A program made the translations under genes and the position numbers. Positions 21,751 to 30,883 of a stretch of 32,000 nt of DNA are shown piece by piece (position 1 is the stretch's first letter; each line of letters starts with the position of its first letter). The notes under the pieces were generated by a model that saw only the letters and a program-made list of their open reading frames with translations, did no database searches and was not told where the DNA came from. The DNA is from a virus: the IMG/VR virus record IMGVR_UViG_3300045970_000175, positions 12,478-44,477 of that record, one strand, 5' to 3'.

Positions 21751-24700
21751 TAAAAGAGTTCTCAAGCCTACATTCACATAGCCACTTTAGCGTAATGGAC
21801 GGTATTGCATTACCTGAAGAGATGGTTCTTGCTGCTAAGAATAAAGGGTTGAAGTCTATTGCCTTCACAGAGCACGGTCATTGTCATTCACATGCAGATG
21901 CTTACATCATGGGTAAACGTCATGGCGTCCGCACCATTTTCGGAGTTGAGGCCTATGTTATCGACAGCCTCCTCGAGTGGCAGATTGCAAAAACAACGAA
22001 GGACACAGCAGAAGACGAGGATGCGACGAACACGGGCGCATTCAAGGCTGCTGGCAAGAAGGGGCATTTGGTGCTCCTTGCGTGCAACAGAGAGGGGTTG
22101 AGCAACCTTTATCAACTTACCTATCTGGCGCATAAGGACGGTTATTATGGCAAGCCCAGAATGGACAAGCGTCTCCTCTCCCTTCATTCGCAAGGACTTG
22201 TGGCATCGTCTGCGTGCATGGGAGGAGTCATCTCCAACAAAATTTGGTCTTTCTCTAGAAGTGAGTGTGGATGGGATGACGTGGTCGCCGAAGCACGTGC
22301 TTACGATCAGATCTTCGGGCGCGGGAGGTTCTTTCTTGAGCTTCAGCTTAACGAATCAGCTTCCCAGCAGTACATCAACGAGGCACTCATCAAGATCCAT
22401 GACGAAACAGGCATACCTCTAACAGTCACTGTAGACAGCCATTACATCAACAAAGAGGATTGGGCTGCACAAGAAATCCTCTACATGCTTCGTTCAAAGA
22501 AGACATTCGCCACGCGTGGTGATGATTGGTCGTTCGACATCAAGCAGCTCTACATCAAATCTCCAGAAGAGATGTGGATGAGCTACCTGCAGTTCGGCAA
22601 GTCTCACATTCCAGAGATGGTTATCATGGAGGCATTCGAAAACACGCTTCTCATTGATAGCCTCGTCGAAGAGTATGACCCCGACATCCACCAGCGTCTT
22701 CCTGCCATCAAGGGCCTCATTGGTGACAGCTTCAAGGACATGGGTGAGCGGTGCATTGAAGCATTGAAGGCAAAGGGACTTCACAAGAATGAACGCTACG
22801 CCAAGCAGCTCATCTACGAGCTCAAGGTCATCAAAGACAAGGGATTTGCCAACTACTTCCTACTTGTGCAAACAATGGTTCAAGAAGCAAAGAAAGAGAT
22901 GCTTGTGGGACCTGGCCGTGGTTCTGCTGCTGGCTCTCTTGTTTGCTACATGCTAGGTATCACAGACCTTGACCCTCTCAAGCATGATCTGATGTTCGAG
23001 CGGTTCCTGGACCCTGACCGCAAAGAGTTGCCAGACATTGACCTTGACTTTGAAGATCCTGAGCGTGTAAAAGCGATCATGGCAAACATCTACGGTGACG
23101 ACAATGTCGCCTCTTTGTCAACATACGGGACTTTCCAAATCAAGGGTCTGATGAAGGACCTTGCTCGTGCTTACGACCTTGATCACAAGGAAGTGAACAA
23201 GATCAACAAGAAGATCGAAATGGAACTCAAGGTCCTATATAATAACCAGGGACCAGACAAGGTGATCAAAGATAAATCAATGATCACTGTCACATTGGAG
23301 GACGTCGAGCGTGTCAGCCCATCATTCCAGGAATTTTGCTCCAAATACCCCGATCCTGCTCGGCATTTTAAGCGGCTCTATGGTCGTAATCGCCACATTG
23401 GTCGTCACGCTTCCGCTATTATCATTGGCGACAATCTCCCTTCTGAAACAGCGATTTTTAAGCAGAAAGACAAAGAGACTGGCGACCTAGTCACACAGAC
23501 GTCATTCACCGAAGGTATTGTCAATAAAAACATCTCAGCAATGGGCTTCGTCAAGTTCGACCTTCTTGGTCTTGCTACTTTGCGTGTTATTCACCACGCA
23601 CTTGACCTCATTGCTCTCAAAGAAGGGACGACATTCCAACATGAGTACGAACGCATCTCGGGCGATAACCTTGACATGGATGATGAAAAAGTCCTCAAGC
23701 ACGTCTTCTGGCAGGGTAACTTCGCTGGTATCTTCCAATTCACCGAAAAGGGCATCCGCAAAGTCGCCAAGGGTATCAAGCCGACAGCCTTCAAAGACAT
23801 CTCTGCAATCGCGGCTCTCTATCGTCCAGGCCCTCTTGGATCTGGGATGCATAAGTTATACGCAGGCAATAAGCGCCTACACGAAAAAGGTGAACTAAAG
23901 TTCGAGCATCCAATCCTCAAGACAATCATGGAGCCGACGTATGGTTGCCTGGTGTATCAGGAGCAGATGCTTTTGATGGGTGGCAAGCTCGGTAAGCTTG
24001 ATGGTAAGGACGTCCAACGTCTTCGCAAACTTCTCCTCAAGAAGGATAAGTCAAAGTCTGACGAATTCCTTGCACAGGAGAAAAAGGAGCTGATGGACAA
24101 GTTCATCGCAGGCGCTGGCGAGAATGACTACCCAGACGGCAAAGAGGCATGGGACATGATGGAGAAGTTCGGTGGTTACGGCTTCAACAAGGCACACTCC
24201 GATGCCTACTCCAAGATCACCATGCAGACTGCTTGGCTTGCTACGTACTATCCTCTAGAGTTCTACGCTGCTCTGCTCACCAAGGGCCAGTCTGGCGAGA
24301 TGCAGGACTACGTCAGCGACATCAAACGTGCCGGTGTGAAGGTTCTTCCGGTTAGCATCAACGAGAGCAAACTGAGTCACACAGTCATGGACAAGGCTAT
24401 TCGGCTATCACTCAAGACAGTTAAGGGTGCTGGCAAGAGTGGTATCGACAAGATTGTAGCCACACAGCCATACGAGGACTGGTTCGATTTCATCCTCAGG
24501 TGCAAGGCAAGCAAGACAGCCATTGAACCGCTTATCGCAGCTGGTGCGTTTGATAGCATCTCTAAAAACATGAAGAATGTTGAGAGATGGTACGAACTCT
24601 GGCAGACAGACAGCAAGTTCAAGTCAAAGAAGTGGAAAGAGTATCAGGAGCAGTGCAATGCTATCGCCGAGGCAAACAAGGATAACGACTACACGATGGC

Positions 24701-25145
24701 AGAGAAGGTTGCTCTTGAAAATGCTCTGATGGGCTTCTCTGTGAGAGGCTCTCCATTCGAGATCCTTGACCGCAAGAAGAAGATCTCTGCAGTGTTCGAG
24801 GACGCCATCGTCACCTACAAGGAGTTCGTTGAAAGTACTGACGAGGTAGGCATGATCCCTGTGTGCATAAAGGACTACAAGGAGCGGCCTCAGCGTAATG
24901 GTCAGATGTTCGCATTCATCAAGTTCGCCACCGATACAGGCGAAGAGTTTGAGGCGCCAGCATTCTCATCAACGTGGAAGCACATCAAAGCAAGCATACA
25001 CAAGGGCGGTGTTTACATCGCGACATTCAACAAGAAACTTGACGACCCAGAGAGTTTCGTTGTTGGGCGTCCAGGATGGGCACAGTCTGCTCACTCTTCG
25101 CAACAGGCTATGATCAACGTTGATAGTATAGATCTCAATGGGTGA
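21747..25145 (+). CDS. dnaE: DNA polymerase III alpha subunit (DnaE-type replicase)
   Basis: PHP domain LHSHSHFSVMDG, palm GPGRGSAAGSLVCYMLGITDLDP, catalytic PDIDLDF, GYGFNKAHSDAY, and a C-terminal OB-like region. 1132 aa. Confidence 0.95.
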   Translation: MIKEFSSLHSHSHFSVMDGIALPEEMVLAAKNKGLKSIAFTEHGHCHSHADAYIMGKRHGVRTIFGVEAYVIDSLLEWQIAKTTKDTAEDEDATNTGAFKAAGKKGHLVLLACNREGLSNLYQLTYLAHKDGYYGKPRMDKRLLSLHSQGLVASSACMGGVISNKIWSFSRSECGWDDVVAEARAYDQIFGRGRFFLELQLNESASQQYINEALIKIHDETGIPLTVTVDSHYINKEDWAAQEILYMLRSKKTFATRGDDWSFDIKQLYIKSPEEMWMSYLQFGKSHIPEMVIMEAFENTLLIDSLVEEYDPDIHQRLPAIKGLIGDSFKDMGERCIEALKAKGLHKNERYAKQLIYELKVIKDKGFANYFLLVQTMVQEAKKEMLVGPGRGSAAGSLVCYMLGITDLDPLKHDLMFERFLDPDRKELPDIDLDFEDPERVKAIMANIYGDDNVASLSTYGTFQIKGLMKDLARAYDLDHKEVNKINKKIEMELKVLYNNQGPDKVIKDKSMITVTLEDVERVSPSFQEFCSKYPDPARHFKRLYGRNRHIGRHASAIIIGDNLPSETAIFKQKDKETGDLVTQTSFTEGIVNKNISAMGFVKFDLLGLATLRVIHHALDLIALKEGTTFQHEYERISGDNLDMDDEKVLKHVFWQGNFAGIFQFTEKGIRKVAKGIKPTAFKDISAIAALYRPGPLGSGMHKLYAGNKRLHEKGELKFEHPILKTIMEPTYGCLVYQEQMLLMGGKLGKLDGKDVQRLRKLLLKKDKSKSDEFLAQEKKELMDKFIAGAGENDYPDGKEAWDMMEKFGGYGFNKAHSDAYSKITMQTAWLATYYPLEFYAALLTKGQSGEMQDYVSDIKRAGVKVLPVSINESKLSHTVMDKAIRLSLKTVKGAGKSGIDKIVATQPYEDWFDFILRCKASKTAIEPLIAAGAFDSISKNMKNVERWYELWQTDSKFKSKKWKEYQEQCNAIAEANKDNDYTMAEKVALENALMGFSVRGSPFEILDRKKKISAVFEDAIVTYKEFVESTDEVGMIPVCIKDYKERPQRNGQMFAFIKFATDTGEEFEAPAFSSTWKHIKASIHKGGVYIATFNKKLDDPESFVVGRPGWAQSAHSSQQAMINVDSIDLNG

Positions 25146-25205
25146 TTTATGTCGCTCTTGAACTTCCTATTTACACTTGCAGGCAAACATCTAAAGGAGC
25201 AACAA

Positions 25206-25511
25206 ATGGCGAAGCCAACGAAGCATGTTGTAAAGTTTGTAGGTGGTGAGTTCAAGCCGAAGCGTCTGGCAAGTGGTCTGGTTGGGTTTAAGGCCCCTCT
25301 TGACATCATCGTCAAGCCGGGTGAGACCGTCATTGTAGATTTCAAGACTGCTTGTGACCACATGCTTGTGTTCGAGAAGAATGCAGTCGAACCAGGCCAG
25401 AACATTGTTGGTCGTCTCACGAACGTCACCACAGAGACACTCAAGTACGAGACGGGTGAAATCATTGCTCGTGCGTACCCGCTCATCGCTTTTGACTTTG
25501 ACATTGGCTAA
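25206..25511 (+). CDS. hypothetical protein (possibly dUTPase-like beta fold)
   Basis: ATG 25206 follows AAGGAG (the track start 25149 is unlikely). GFKAPLDIIVKPGETVIVDFKT and GEIIARAYPLI are weakly reminiscent of dUTPase strands. Confidence 0.35.
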   Translation: MAKPTKHVVKFVGGEFKPKRLASGLVGFKAPLDIIVKPGETVIVDFKTACDHMLVFEKNAVEPGQNIVGRLTNVTTETLKYETGEIIARAYPLIAFDFDIG

Positions 25512-25514
25512 TTC

Positions 25515-26048
25515 ATGTCTGAATACGAATTGACGCATGAAGAGCTCAAAAACATCTATGACGAAGCTCGTTTTGCGCCACTAAAGCCATCACTTCCTGC
25601 GCGTCCATCTTGGGATAGTATCTGGATGGACTTTGCCACTCACCTATCTCTTAGGAGCACTTGCCGAAGGGCCTCCGTAGGGTGTGTGGTGGTTGCAGAA
25701 GACAACTCCATAGTCCTAGGCCTTGGCTACAACGGAGGCCCCAGAGGGCTCAATAACGACTGCCTCTCTGACGAGCCTGGTAAATGTGGTCATCTTCACG
25801 CTGAGATCAATTGTCTCATCAAGACTAATTATCGTGATGCGGCGCCGAAAAAAGTTTATCTCACACTCTCGCCTTGCTACAACTGCTCGGTCGCTCTTAT
25901 CAACGCGGGCGTCCAAGAAGTCATCTACAGAGACGAGTACAGAGACCTCTCCGGTCCAGCGCTCCTCTCGCAAGCCGGTGTCAAAGTACGGCAATTCCCT
26001 GAAAAAAGGGTTCCTGAACGGTATCTACACGAGCCTAAAAACAGGTAA
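25515..26048 (+). CDS. dCMP deaminase
   Basis: Zn motifs HAEINCL and PCYNCSVALINAGV, plus SLRSTCRRASVGCVVV. Confidence 0.9.
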   Translation: MSEYELTHEELKNIYDEARFAPLKPSLPARPSWDSIWMDFATHLSLRSTCRRASVGCVVVAEDNSIVLGLGYNGGPRGLNNDCLSDEPGKCGHLHAEINCLIKTNYRDAAPKKVYLTLSPCYNCSVALINAGVQEVIYRDEYRDLSGPALLSQAGVKVRQFPEKRVPERYLHEPKNR

Positions 26049-26355
26049 ACGTGAGACGTTCGAGAGCTCATACGAGCTACGCCGCTTTCAGGCTCTTGAC
26101 AGCAGTCCTCTTGTTAAGACCTGGGGAAGAGCTAAACTACGTGTTCGCTACAAGGTCGGCAGCAAGAAGCATCTTTACCACCCTGACATCTTTGTTATCT
26201 ACAACGACGGGCGTATCTTCCTGGAAGAAGTAAAAGGTTTTATTTGGAATAAAAAGGTGTTCTTGAAAAAGAAGTTCATGGCAGAATGGCTTTGTAAGCA
26301 ACGCGGGTGGGTCTATAGGGTCCTTTATGAAAAGGACATTGATACAGTTCTCTAG
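25978..26355 (+). CDS. PD-(D/E)xK nuclease, TnsA-N/endonuclease-like; start uncertain
   Basis: ESSYELRRFQALD...YHPDIFVIYNDGRIFLEEVKG gives a D...ExK motif. The frame is +1 relative to the deaminase and overlaps its last ~70 nt. There is no ATG; GTG 25978 is the first plausible start. Confidence 0.45.
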   Translation: MSKYGNSLKKGFLNGIYTSLKTGKRETFESSYELRRFQALDSSPLVKTWGRAKLRVRYKVGSKKHLYHPDIFVIYNDGRIFLEEVKGFIWNKKVFLKKKFMAEWLCKQRGWVYRVLYEKDIDTVL

Positions 26356-26418
26356 AGGTGCCTATTTAGGACTGTAGGCGTTTCCCAACCCGTAGGCGTA
26401 GTATGGAGGCATTATACA

Positions 26419-27021
26419 ATGGCACTTAAGATCAAGAAGCAGATAAAGAACTCTGACGGCACCATCACAGAGCTAGAAGGAACAGAAGCAGAGGTCGAAG
26501 CCTTCCTCAAGAAGCAGAGTAAGAAGGATGAGAGCCTAGTCCAGAAAAAGAAGAACCTTATCCTCGGCAGGGAGATGAGAGCAGCAATACAAGAGATGAT
26601 CGATGATGCTCTCAATAAGACTGCACAGTTCTCGCAGTCTAAAGTCGTAGAGCATCACTGGTACCATAACAATGGCTGGTGGTGGAGACCGACGTGGGTT
26701 GGTGGAAACTACGTCTATCAGGCTACGCAATACGACCCGAATAGATACGCTGTAGCATCAAACAACTGCATTACATGCAACTCAAGCGCTGAGCTTGGAA
26801 GCAACATAGGCGTTAACGAAGGCTTCGTGGTAAATACAGTGGGTCAGGGTGTAAGCAACCTAGTCGGTACAAAAGTTACCGCATCGGATTACGCGTCAAA
26901 TTGGTGTGCGGTAACGAATACTGTCGGTGCTGCTAGCACATACACATGCGACACCAATGCCAATGCTCTTACTCCTGGCAACATCTCGAGCGGCATCATC
27001 AACCTGAACATCAAGAGCTGA
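26419..27021 (+). CDS. hypothetical protein
   Basis: GGAGG RBS. It has a charged N-terminal helix, a Trp-rich segment HHWYHNNGWWWRPTW and an N/S/T/G-rich C-terminus. Confidence 0.5.
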   Translation: MALKIKKQIKNSDGTITELEGTEAEVEAFLKKQSKKDESLVQKKKNLILGREMRAAIQEMIDDALNKTAQFSQSKVVEHHWYHNNGWWWRPTWVGGNYVYQATQYDPNRYAVASNNCITCNSSAELGSNIGVNEGFVVNTVGQGVSNLVGTKVTASDYASNWCAVTNTVGAASTYTCDTNANALTPGNISSGIINLNIKS

Positions 27022-27028
27022 GGAACAA

Positions 27029-27355
27029 GTGGACGAGACAAAAGATCAGCTTCTCACAATACCAGAAGACGATAAGATCGTAGACGCGCGTAAGTCTGCG
27101 ATCATTCGTATTCACAAACACGATCACACAATGCTTAAGGTCATGCTTAAGAAGGACAGGATGTCCTTCCAGAAGTTTGTCCTATTTTGTGTGCGCGCAT
27201 TCCTTGACGGCGACCCAGACATGATCAGAATGTTGAAGTCGTATCGAGAGATGGAGAAGGTTCCACGCGATGTTCAAGATAAGCACATGTTGTCTCATAG
27301 AGAGCGTACAGACATTTTCAGAGAGTTAGAAGCAGCACAGAAAGAGAGATCATAA
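27029..27355 (+). CDS. hypothetical protein
   Basis: GTG start. The stop overlaps the next ATG (TAATG). Confidence 0.4.
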   Translation: MDETKDQLLTIPEDDKIVDARKSAIIRIHKHDHTMLKVMLKKDRMSFQKFVLFCVRAFLDGDPDMIRMLKSYREMEKVPRDVQDKHMLSHRERTDIFRELEAAQKERS

Positions 27356-27630
27356 TGTCAAGAGCATCTAGTCGTAGTATGCTAAAGGCGCAGTACACTC
27401 GTTTTTGCGAGGCGTGGGCAAACGAGAAGAACTATCAGAAGTATCTTCTCGATAAGGGTGAGTCGCTACCAGAAGGACACAACACTCTAACGAAAAAGCC
27501 AACGTTCAACATGTGGATGCAGGCAGTGAAGAACAAGAAACTCGCAGCAGATGTATCTAAGCCACCTCCTGAAGTAGAAGAGAAGCAGCAGACAGAGAAA
27601 CAAGTCGAGGTCGTTGATAAGGAGTGGTAA
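27355..27630 (+). CDS. hypothetical protein
   Basis: ATG coupled to the previous stop. Lys/Glu-rich C-terminus. Confidence 0.4.
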   Translation: MSRASSRSMLKAQYTRFCEAWANEKNYQKYLLDKGESLPEGHNTLTKKPTFNMWMQAVKNKKLAADVSKPPPEVEEKQQTEKQVEVVDKEW

Positions 27631-27811
27631 GACCTCAAGGAGATATACGACATTGCCGACAAAACTAGGAGTGAAGATAGTTCATGGTAAGGTAGAGTTG
27701 AAGACCCATGAAGTGCCGGACCTAGAAGAAGCAAAGAAGCTGTGGATGCAGGGCAAATCTGCTCAATACATCCTTGAGGAAGCAAAGAAGAAAAAGAAAA
27801 AAGTGGCTTAA
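27614..27811 (+). CDS. hypothetical small protein
   Basis: TTG start after GAGG (GTG 27671 is an alternative). Ends in a poly-Lys tail. Confidence 0.3.
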   Translation: MIRSGKTSRRYTTLPTKLGVKIVHGKVELKTHEVPDLEEAKKLWMQGKSAQYILEEAKKKKKKVA

Positions 27812-27834
27812 GCATCTTGTGGACATTAGCGGAA

Positions 27835-27880
27835 GGGGAAGGCTTACCTATACAACGGTAGGTTCTTCCCCTTTCTATTT
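27835..27880 (+). terminator. intrinsic terminator
   Basis: About 14-bp stem GGGGAAGGCTTACC / GGTAGGTTCTTCCCC (one bulge, some G-U pairs) with loop TATACAAC, followed by TTTCTATTT. Confidence 0.7.
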
Positions 27881-27889
27881 GGAGCGTGC

Positions 27890-28627
27890 GTGAAAATAGT
27901 GAAGCCATCAGTTGAGTTGCTCTGGATTACGCCTGAACCATACAAACACATCGAGATGTCGGGTCGCGTATGCTACAAGTCAGAGGACAAGATCACCAAA
28001 GACAGCGCTGTAAAGTTCTGTAGCATGATCAAGCAAAGAGGCCATGAGAGTGTGGTTGAGCACGCTGTTGCAAGTTTCAAGATCATCTGTGATCGTGGTG
28101 TAAGCCATGAGATTGTAAGACATCGTCTTGCTTCTTACAGCCAGGAGAGCACGAGGTATTGCAACTACTCAAAGGACAAATTCGACAATGGCATTTCGCT
28201 GTCGCCGATGATGACAGGATTGAACGACTTCCAGATAGATCGTCGTGTGACGCTCTGGCAGCACATCGAGGACGTGTACCTTGCAGAGATTGCAGATGGC
28301 GTCAGTCCACAGCAAGCCAGAGACAACCTACCCACATGCCTAAAGACAGAGATCGTGATGACTGCCAACTTCCGCGAGTGGATGCACTTCATCAATCTGC
28401 GTACCAGCCCAGCAGCACACCCACAAATCAGGCCTGTCGCTGAAGAGATTAGGTTGATCCTAGCTGAGTACTGCCCGACTATCTTTGTCGCACCAAATCA
28501 TGGGTCAAAGACAATGACATTCACACCTGAGGAAAGAGCTGCTATACTACACGCTCTTAGCATAGACGGAGAGATTAACCCAACAATGGCACCAGCACTG
28601 CTGGCTGCAATGGAGAAAATGAAATGA
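27890..28627 (+). CDS. thyX: FAD-dependent thymidylate synthase ThyX
   Basis: ThyX signature RHRLASYSQESTRY, plus HESVVEH and FINLR. GTG start. Confidence 0.95.
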   Translation: MKIVKPSVELLWITPEPYKHIEMSGRVCYKSEDKITKDSAVKFCSMIKQRGHESVVEHAVASFKIICDRGVSHEIVRHRLASYSQESTRYCNYSKDKFDNGISLSPMMTGLNDFQIDRRVTLWQHIEDVYLAEIADGVSPQQARDNLPTCLKTEIVMTANFREWMHFINLRTSPAAHPQIRPVAEEIRLILAEYCPTIFVAPNHGSKTMTFTPEERAAILHALSIDGEINPTMAPALLAAMEKMK

Positions 28628-29334
28628 GCATGGCAAGCGAGATGGTAAAGCAAATTGAAGATCACGGCTCCTGCTCAATCAGTGGGTCTGTGCAGTATGA
28701 TAAGACGCCTGCTGCACCACTCAAGAACACTGGATATGCTGACCTTGACCTCTTCCTTGACGACTGTTTCAAGACGATGCGTGAGAAGGGCCACGATTAC
28801 CGCCAGGGCAATGACGACGACCTGCTACATAACTTTAGGACTGTCTCTGACAGCGTTGGCATAGACATCACAAAAGTCTGGTATACATACTTCTACAAGC
28901 ATTACTCTGCGATGGTCACTTTCATCAAAGAGGGTGGCCAATCAGAGAGCGAGCCCATTGAGGGTCGCATCAAGGACCAGATCGTCTATCTCCTACTCTT
29001 CTATCGCATGGTTCAAGAGAAGAAGGCCAAGTCAAAAGAGAAGGCAGAAAATCTCACATTCATTCTCAGAAAACTAGACGCCTCGTTTGGTCAAACATCA
29101 GAAGTCGTAGAGAAGGGCTCAGCGGCTGACACTATTTCGTTTGCAGAAAGTCAAAAGAGGAAGAGAATACAGGAACTCGCTGGTATCCCTGATGCTGGTA
29201 TCGTAATCCCTACTGCTTTTGCTGAGCGCGCCACAGAGATTGTCAAAGAGTTGGCTGAGAGAGATGCAGAGCGTGTATCTGATACATCAGTTGCAGTTGT
29301 TGGATACGGAACAGGAGAGGGTGATCATCAATGA
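28624..29334 (+). CDS. hypothetical protein; N-terminal part possibly MazG/DUF1599-like helical nucleotide-binding domain
   Basis: MREKGHDYRQGNDDDLLHNFR...KHYSAMVTFIKEG resembles the K..DYG...NF pattern of such domains (from memory, unverified). Acidic C-terminal half. ATGA overlap with thyX. Confidence 0.3.
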   Translation: MSMASEMVKQIEDHGSCSISGSVQYDKTPAAPLKNTGYADLDLFLDDCFKTMREKGHDYRQGNDDDLLHNFRTVSDSVGIDITKVWYTYFYKHYSAMVTFIKEGGQSESEPIEGRIKDQIVYLLLFYRMVQEKKAKSKEKAENLTFILRKLDASFGQTSEVVEKGSAADTISFAESQKRKRIQELAGIPDAGIVIPTAFAERATEIVKELAERDAERVSDTSVAVVGYGTGEGDHQ

Positions 29335-29987
29335 GAATCGTGGTGGATCAAGACGAAGTCCTAGCTCACTTTGTTGATAGGACACTCGGGCGCTGGAACC
29401 TAGAACATAAGACAAGTTTCACTCGAGAAGACATCAACATGTGGCACATGGAAGACACGCTTGGGGCAGGAGCGTATGAGAAGATCACGCAATGGATTAA
29501 TGAGCGTGATTGGTTTGATAGCCTAGAGCCTATTGCTGGTGCAGTTGAAGGCTTCAACGAACTGCGTAAGGCAGGCCACGATGTAGTTGTCTGCACATCT
29601 ATCGCTGGTGATGTTGAGAATGCCTATGACGGCAAGCGCCGGTGGATGAAGAAGCACTTTCCAGACTTCGACCTCAAGAACTTCTACGTGATGACACGCA
29701 AGGGACACCTCAAGGGTGATGTTCTTATAGATGATGCCGCTCACTACCACGAGGACTGGTTTGCAAACGGAGGGAAGCGTGCTATCGTAATGGACGCTCC
29801 GTGGAACAGACGAGAGAAGAGAGCAGCCAGAGCAGCCAACTGGAAGCAGATCAATCAGATCATCAAGTTCTGGGTTGCACTTGACGAGTATGAAGCAATG
29901 CAAGCAGACTTTGAGCAAAAGCGGATCTTTGCATTGGCAGACACAACATTGAAGCACGTTGATAAAGTAATGAAAGGGTTCAAATGA
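29331..29987 (+). CDS. 5'(3')-deoxyribonucleotidase (HAD superfamily, NT5C-like)
   Basis: HAD motif I VVDQDEVLA (DxDxV), motif II VVVCTS, motif III/IV K...VLIDDAAH. Confidence 0.7.
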   Translation: MRIVVDQDEVLAHFVDRTLGRWNLEHKTSFTREDINMWHMEDTLGAGAYEKITQWINERDWFDSLEPIAGAVEGFNELRKAGHDVVVCTSIAGDVENAYDGKRRWMKKHFPDFDLKNFYVMTRKGHLKGDVLIDDAAHYHEDWFANGGKRAIVMDAPWNRREKRAARAANWKQINQIIKFWVALDEYEAMQADFEQKRIFALADTTLKHVDKVMKGFK

Positions 29988-30328
29988 ACTACTACGTGAC
30001 GTATGATGAGTTGAAGAAGCAGTTGTCTGAGCGCAAGGCTCACCACGAGCAGCGTGCAGAGTATTACACACAGAAGGCCGTCAAACTTGACGAGCAACTC
30101 AAGATTGAGATTGCTGCCGGTGATGTCGAAGAGCAGATGCGCACGAAGGTCAGCAACTCTTACACCAATCAAGGCAGTGAGCGTGACGCAGCCAGAACAG
30201 CAGCGAGAGATCATGCACGCAAGTCTGTGATCTTCAAGTGGAAGCACGACCATTTGCCAGCCGATGGAAGTTTCCTCATCAGCGTTGGCGAAGCAGAAGA
30301 GTTTGAGTTCATCGTTTCAAGATACTAA
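29984..30328 (+). CDS. hypothetical coiled-coil protein
   Basis: ATGA overlap. Heptad-rich charged sequence. Confidence 0.45.
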   Translation: MNYYVTYDELKKQLSERKAHHEQRAEYYTQKAVKLDEQLKIEIAAGDVEEQMRTKVSNSYTNQGSERDAARTAARDHARKSVIFKWKHDHLPADGSFLISVGEAEEFEFIVSRY

Positions 30329-30396
30329 GAAGTCTTCAGTATTTAGAAGCCTTATCTATTATTCAAGTAGTAAAACAACTGAAAAGGAACAACATA

Positions 30397-30699
30397 ATGG
30401 CAACCCGCACACCGAAGTATGAGACGCTACTCAAGACTATGGCCACTCGGCCGATGAACTACACTGAGATCCAGAACTGGCTTGCAAGTCGCTCGGGCGG
30501 AATGGCCTCTGGCACAGAGATGGGCCTGCACAACTTCAGCCTCTATGGCACCGATACTCGCGTCGGTATTCTCCAGCGCTTCTGTCGTAAGAACAACGAC
30601 GGTCGTTGGCAGACAATCCGCAAGGTCGAGGCTCCTTTCACTCCTGTTCGTTACGGCATGGGTGACACCGCCGAAGGCCAGACTGTAATCTTCTGGTAA
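30397..30699 (+). CDS. hypothetical protein
   Basis: AAGGAA RBS, 100 aa. No motif recognised. Confidence 0.5.
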   Translation: MATRTPKYETLLKTMATRPMNYTEIQNWLASRSGGMASGTEMGLHNFSLYGTDTRVGILQRFCRKNNDGRWQTIRKVEAPFTPVRYGMGDTAEGQTVIFW

Positions 30700-30830
30700 G
30701 ATTTGCTCGCCGTGACACCGGGTATCTCGCACGGCTTCTGAGGAAGTATTATGCTCCGTCGCGCGGTAAGGGCCTGTTCCTGAGTCCGCAATACCTTTAA
30801 CAGTTAGGGGAAAAAGCGCTGAGCAACTGT

Positions 30831-30870
30831 GGGCCTCCATACTAACAGGGTATGGAGGCCCTATTTATTT
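30831..30870 (+). terminator. strong intrinsic terminator
   Basis: Perfect 12-bp stem GGGCCTCCATAC / GTATGGAGGCCC (30831-30842 / 30850-30861) with a 7-nt loop, followed by TATTTATTT. Confidence 0.85.
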
Positions 30871-30883
30871 CTGAGGACAAAAC

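Noticed and set aside
25723-25977. N-terminal ~85 codons of the 210-aa track ORF 25723-26355.
   Set aside because: This part is out of frame inside the well-supported dCMP deaminase core and translates to Ser/Thr/Arg-rich low-complexity sequence. Only the part from ~25978 shows nuclease motifs.
26004-26011. GAAAAAAG run as a programmed frameshift or transcriptional-slippage site fusing deaminase and nuclease.
   Set aside because: Six A residues is short for efficient transcriptional slippage. The required shift is +1, not the common -1, and no stimulatory structure was seen. It is mentioned in the finding only as an alternative to the GTG start.
921-30253. Numerous minus-strand ORFs in the track (e.g. 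921-1565, 2642-3130, 7416-7907, 9901-10401, 10476-10976, 25091-25504, 27435-27908, 29523-30071).
   Set aside because: Each lies entirely antisense to a + strand CDS with strong family motifs. They have no RBS context and low-complexity or Ser/Leu/Cys-rich translations. They are treated as shadow ORFs.
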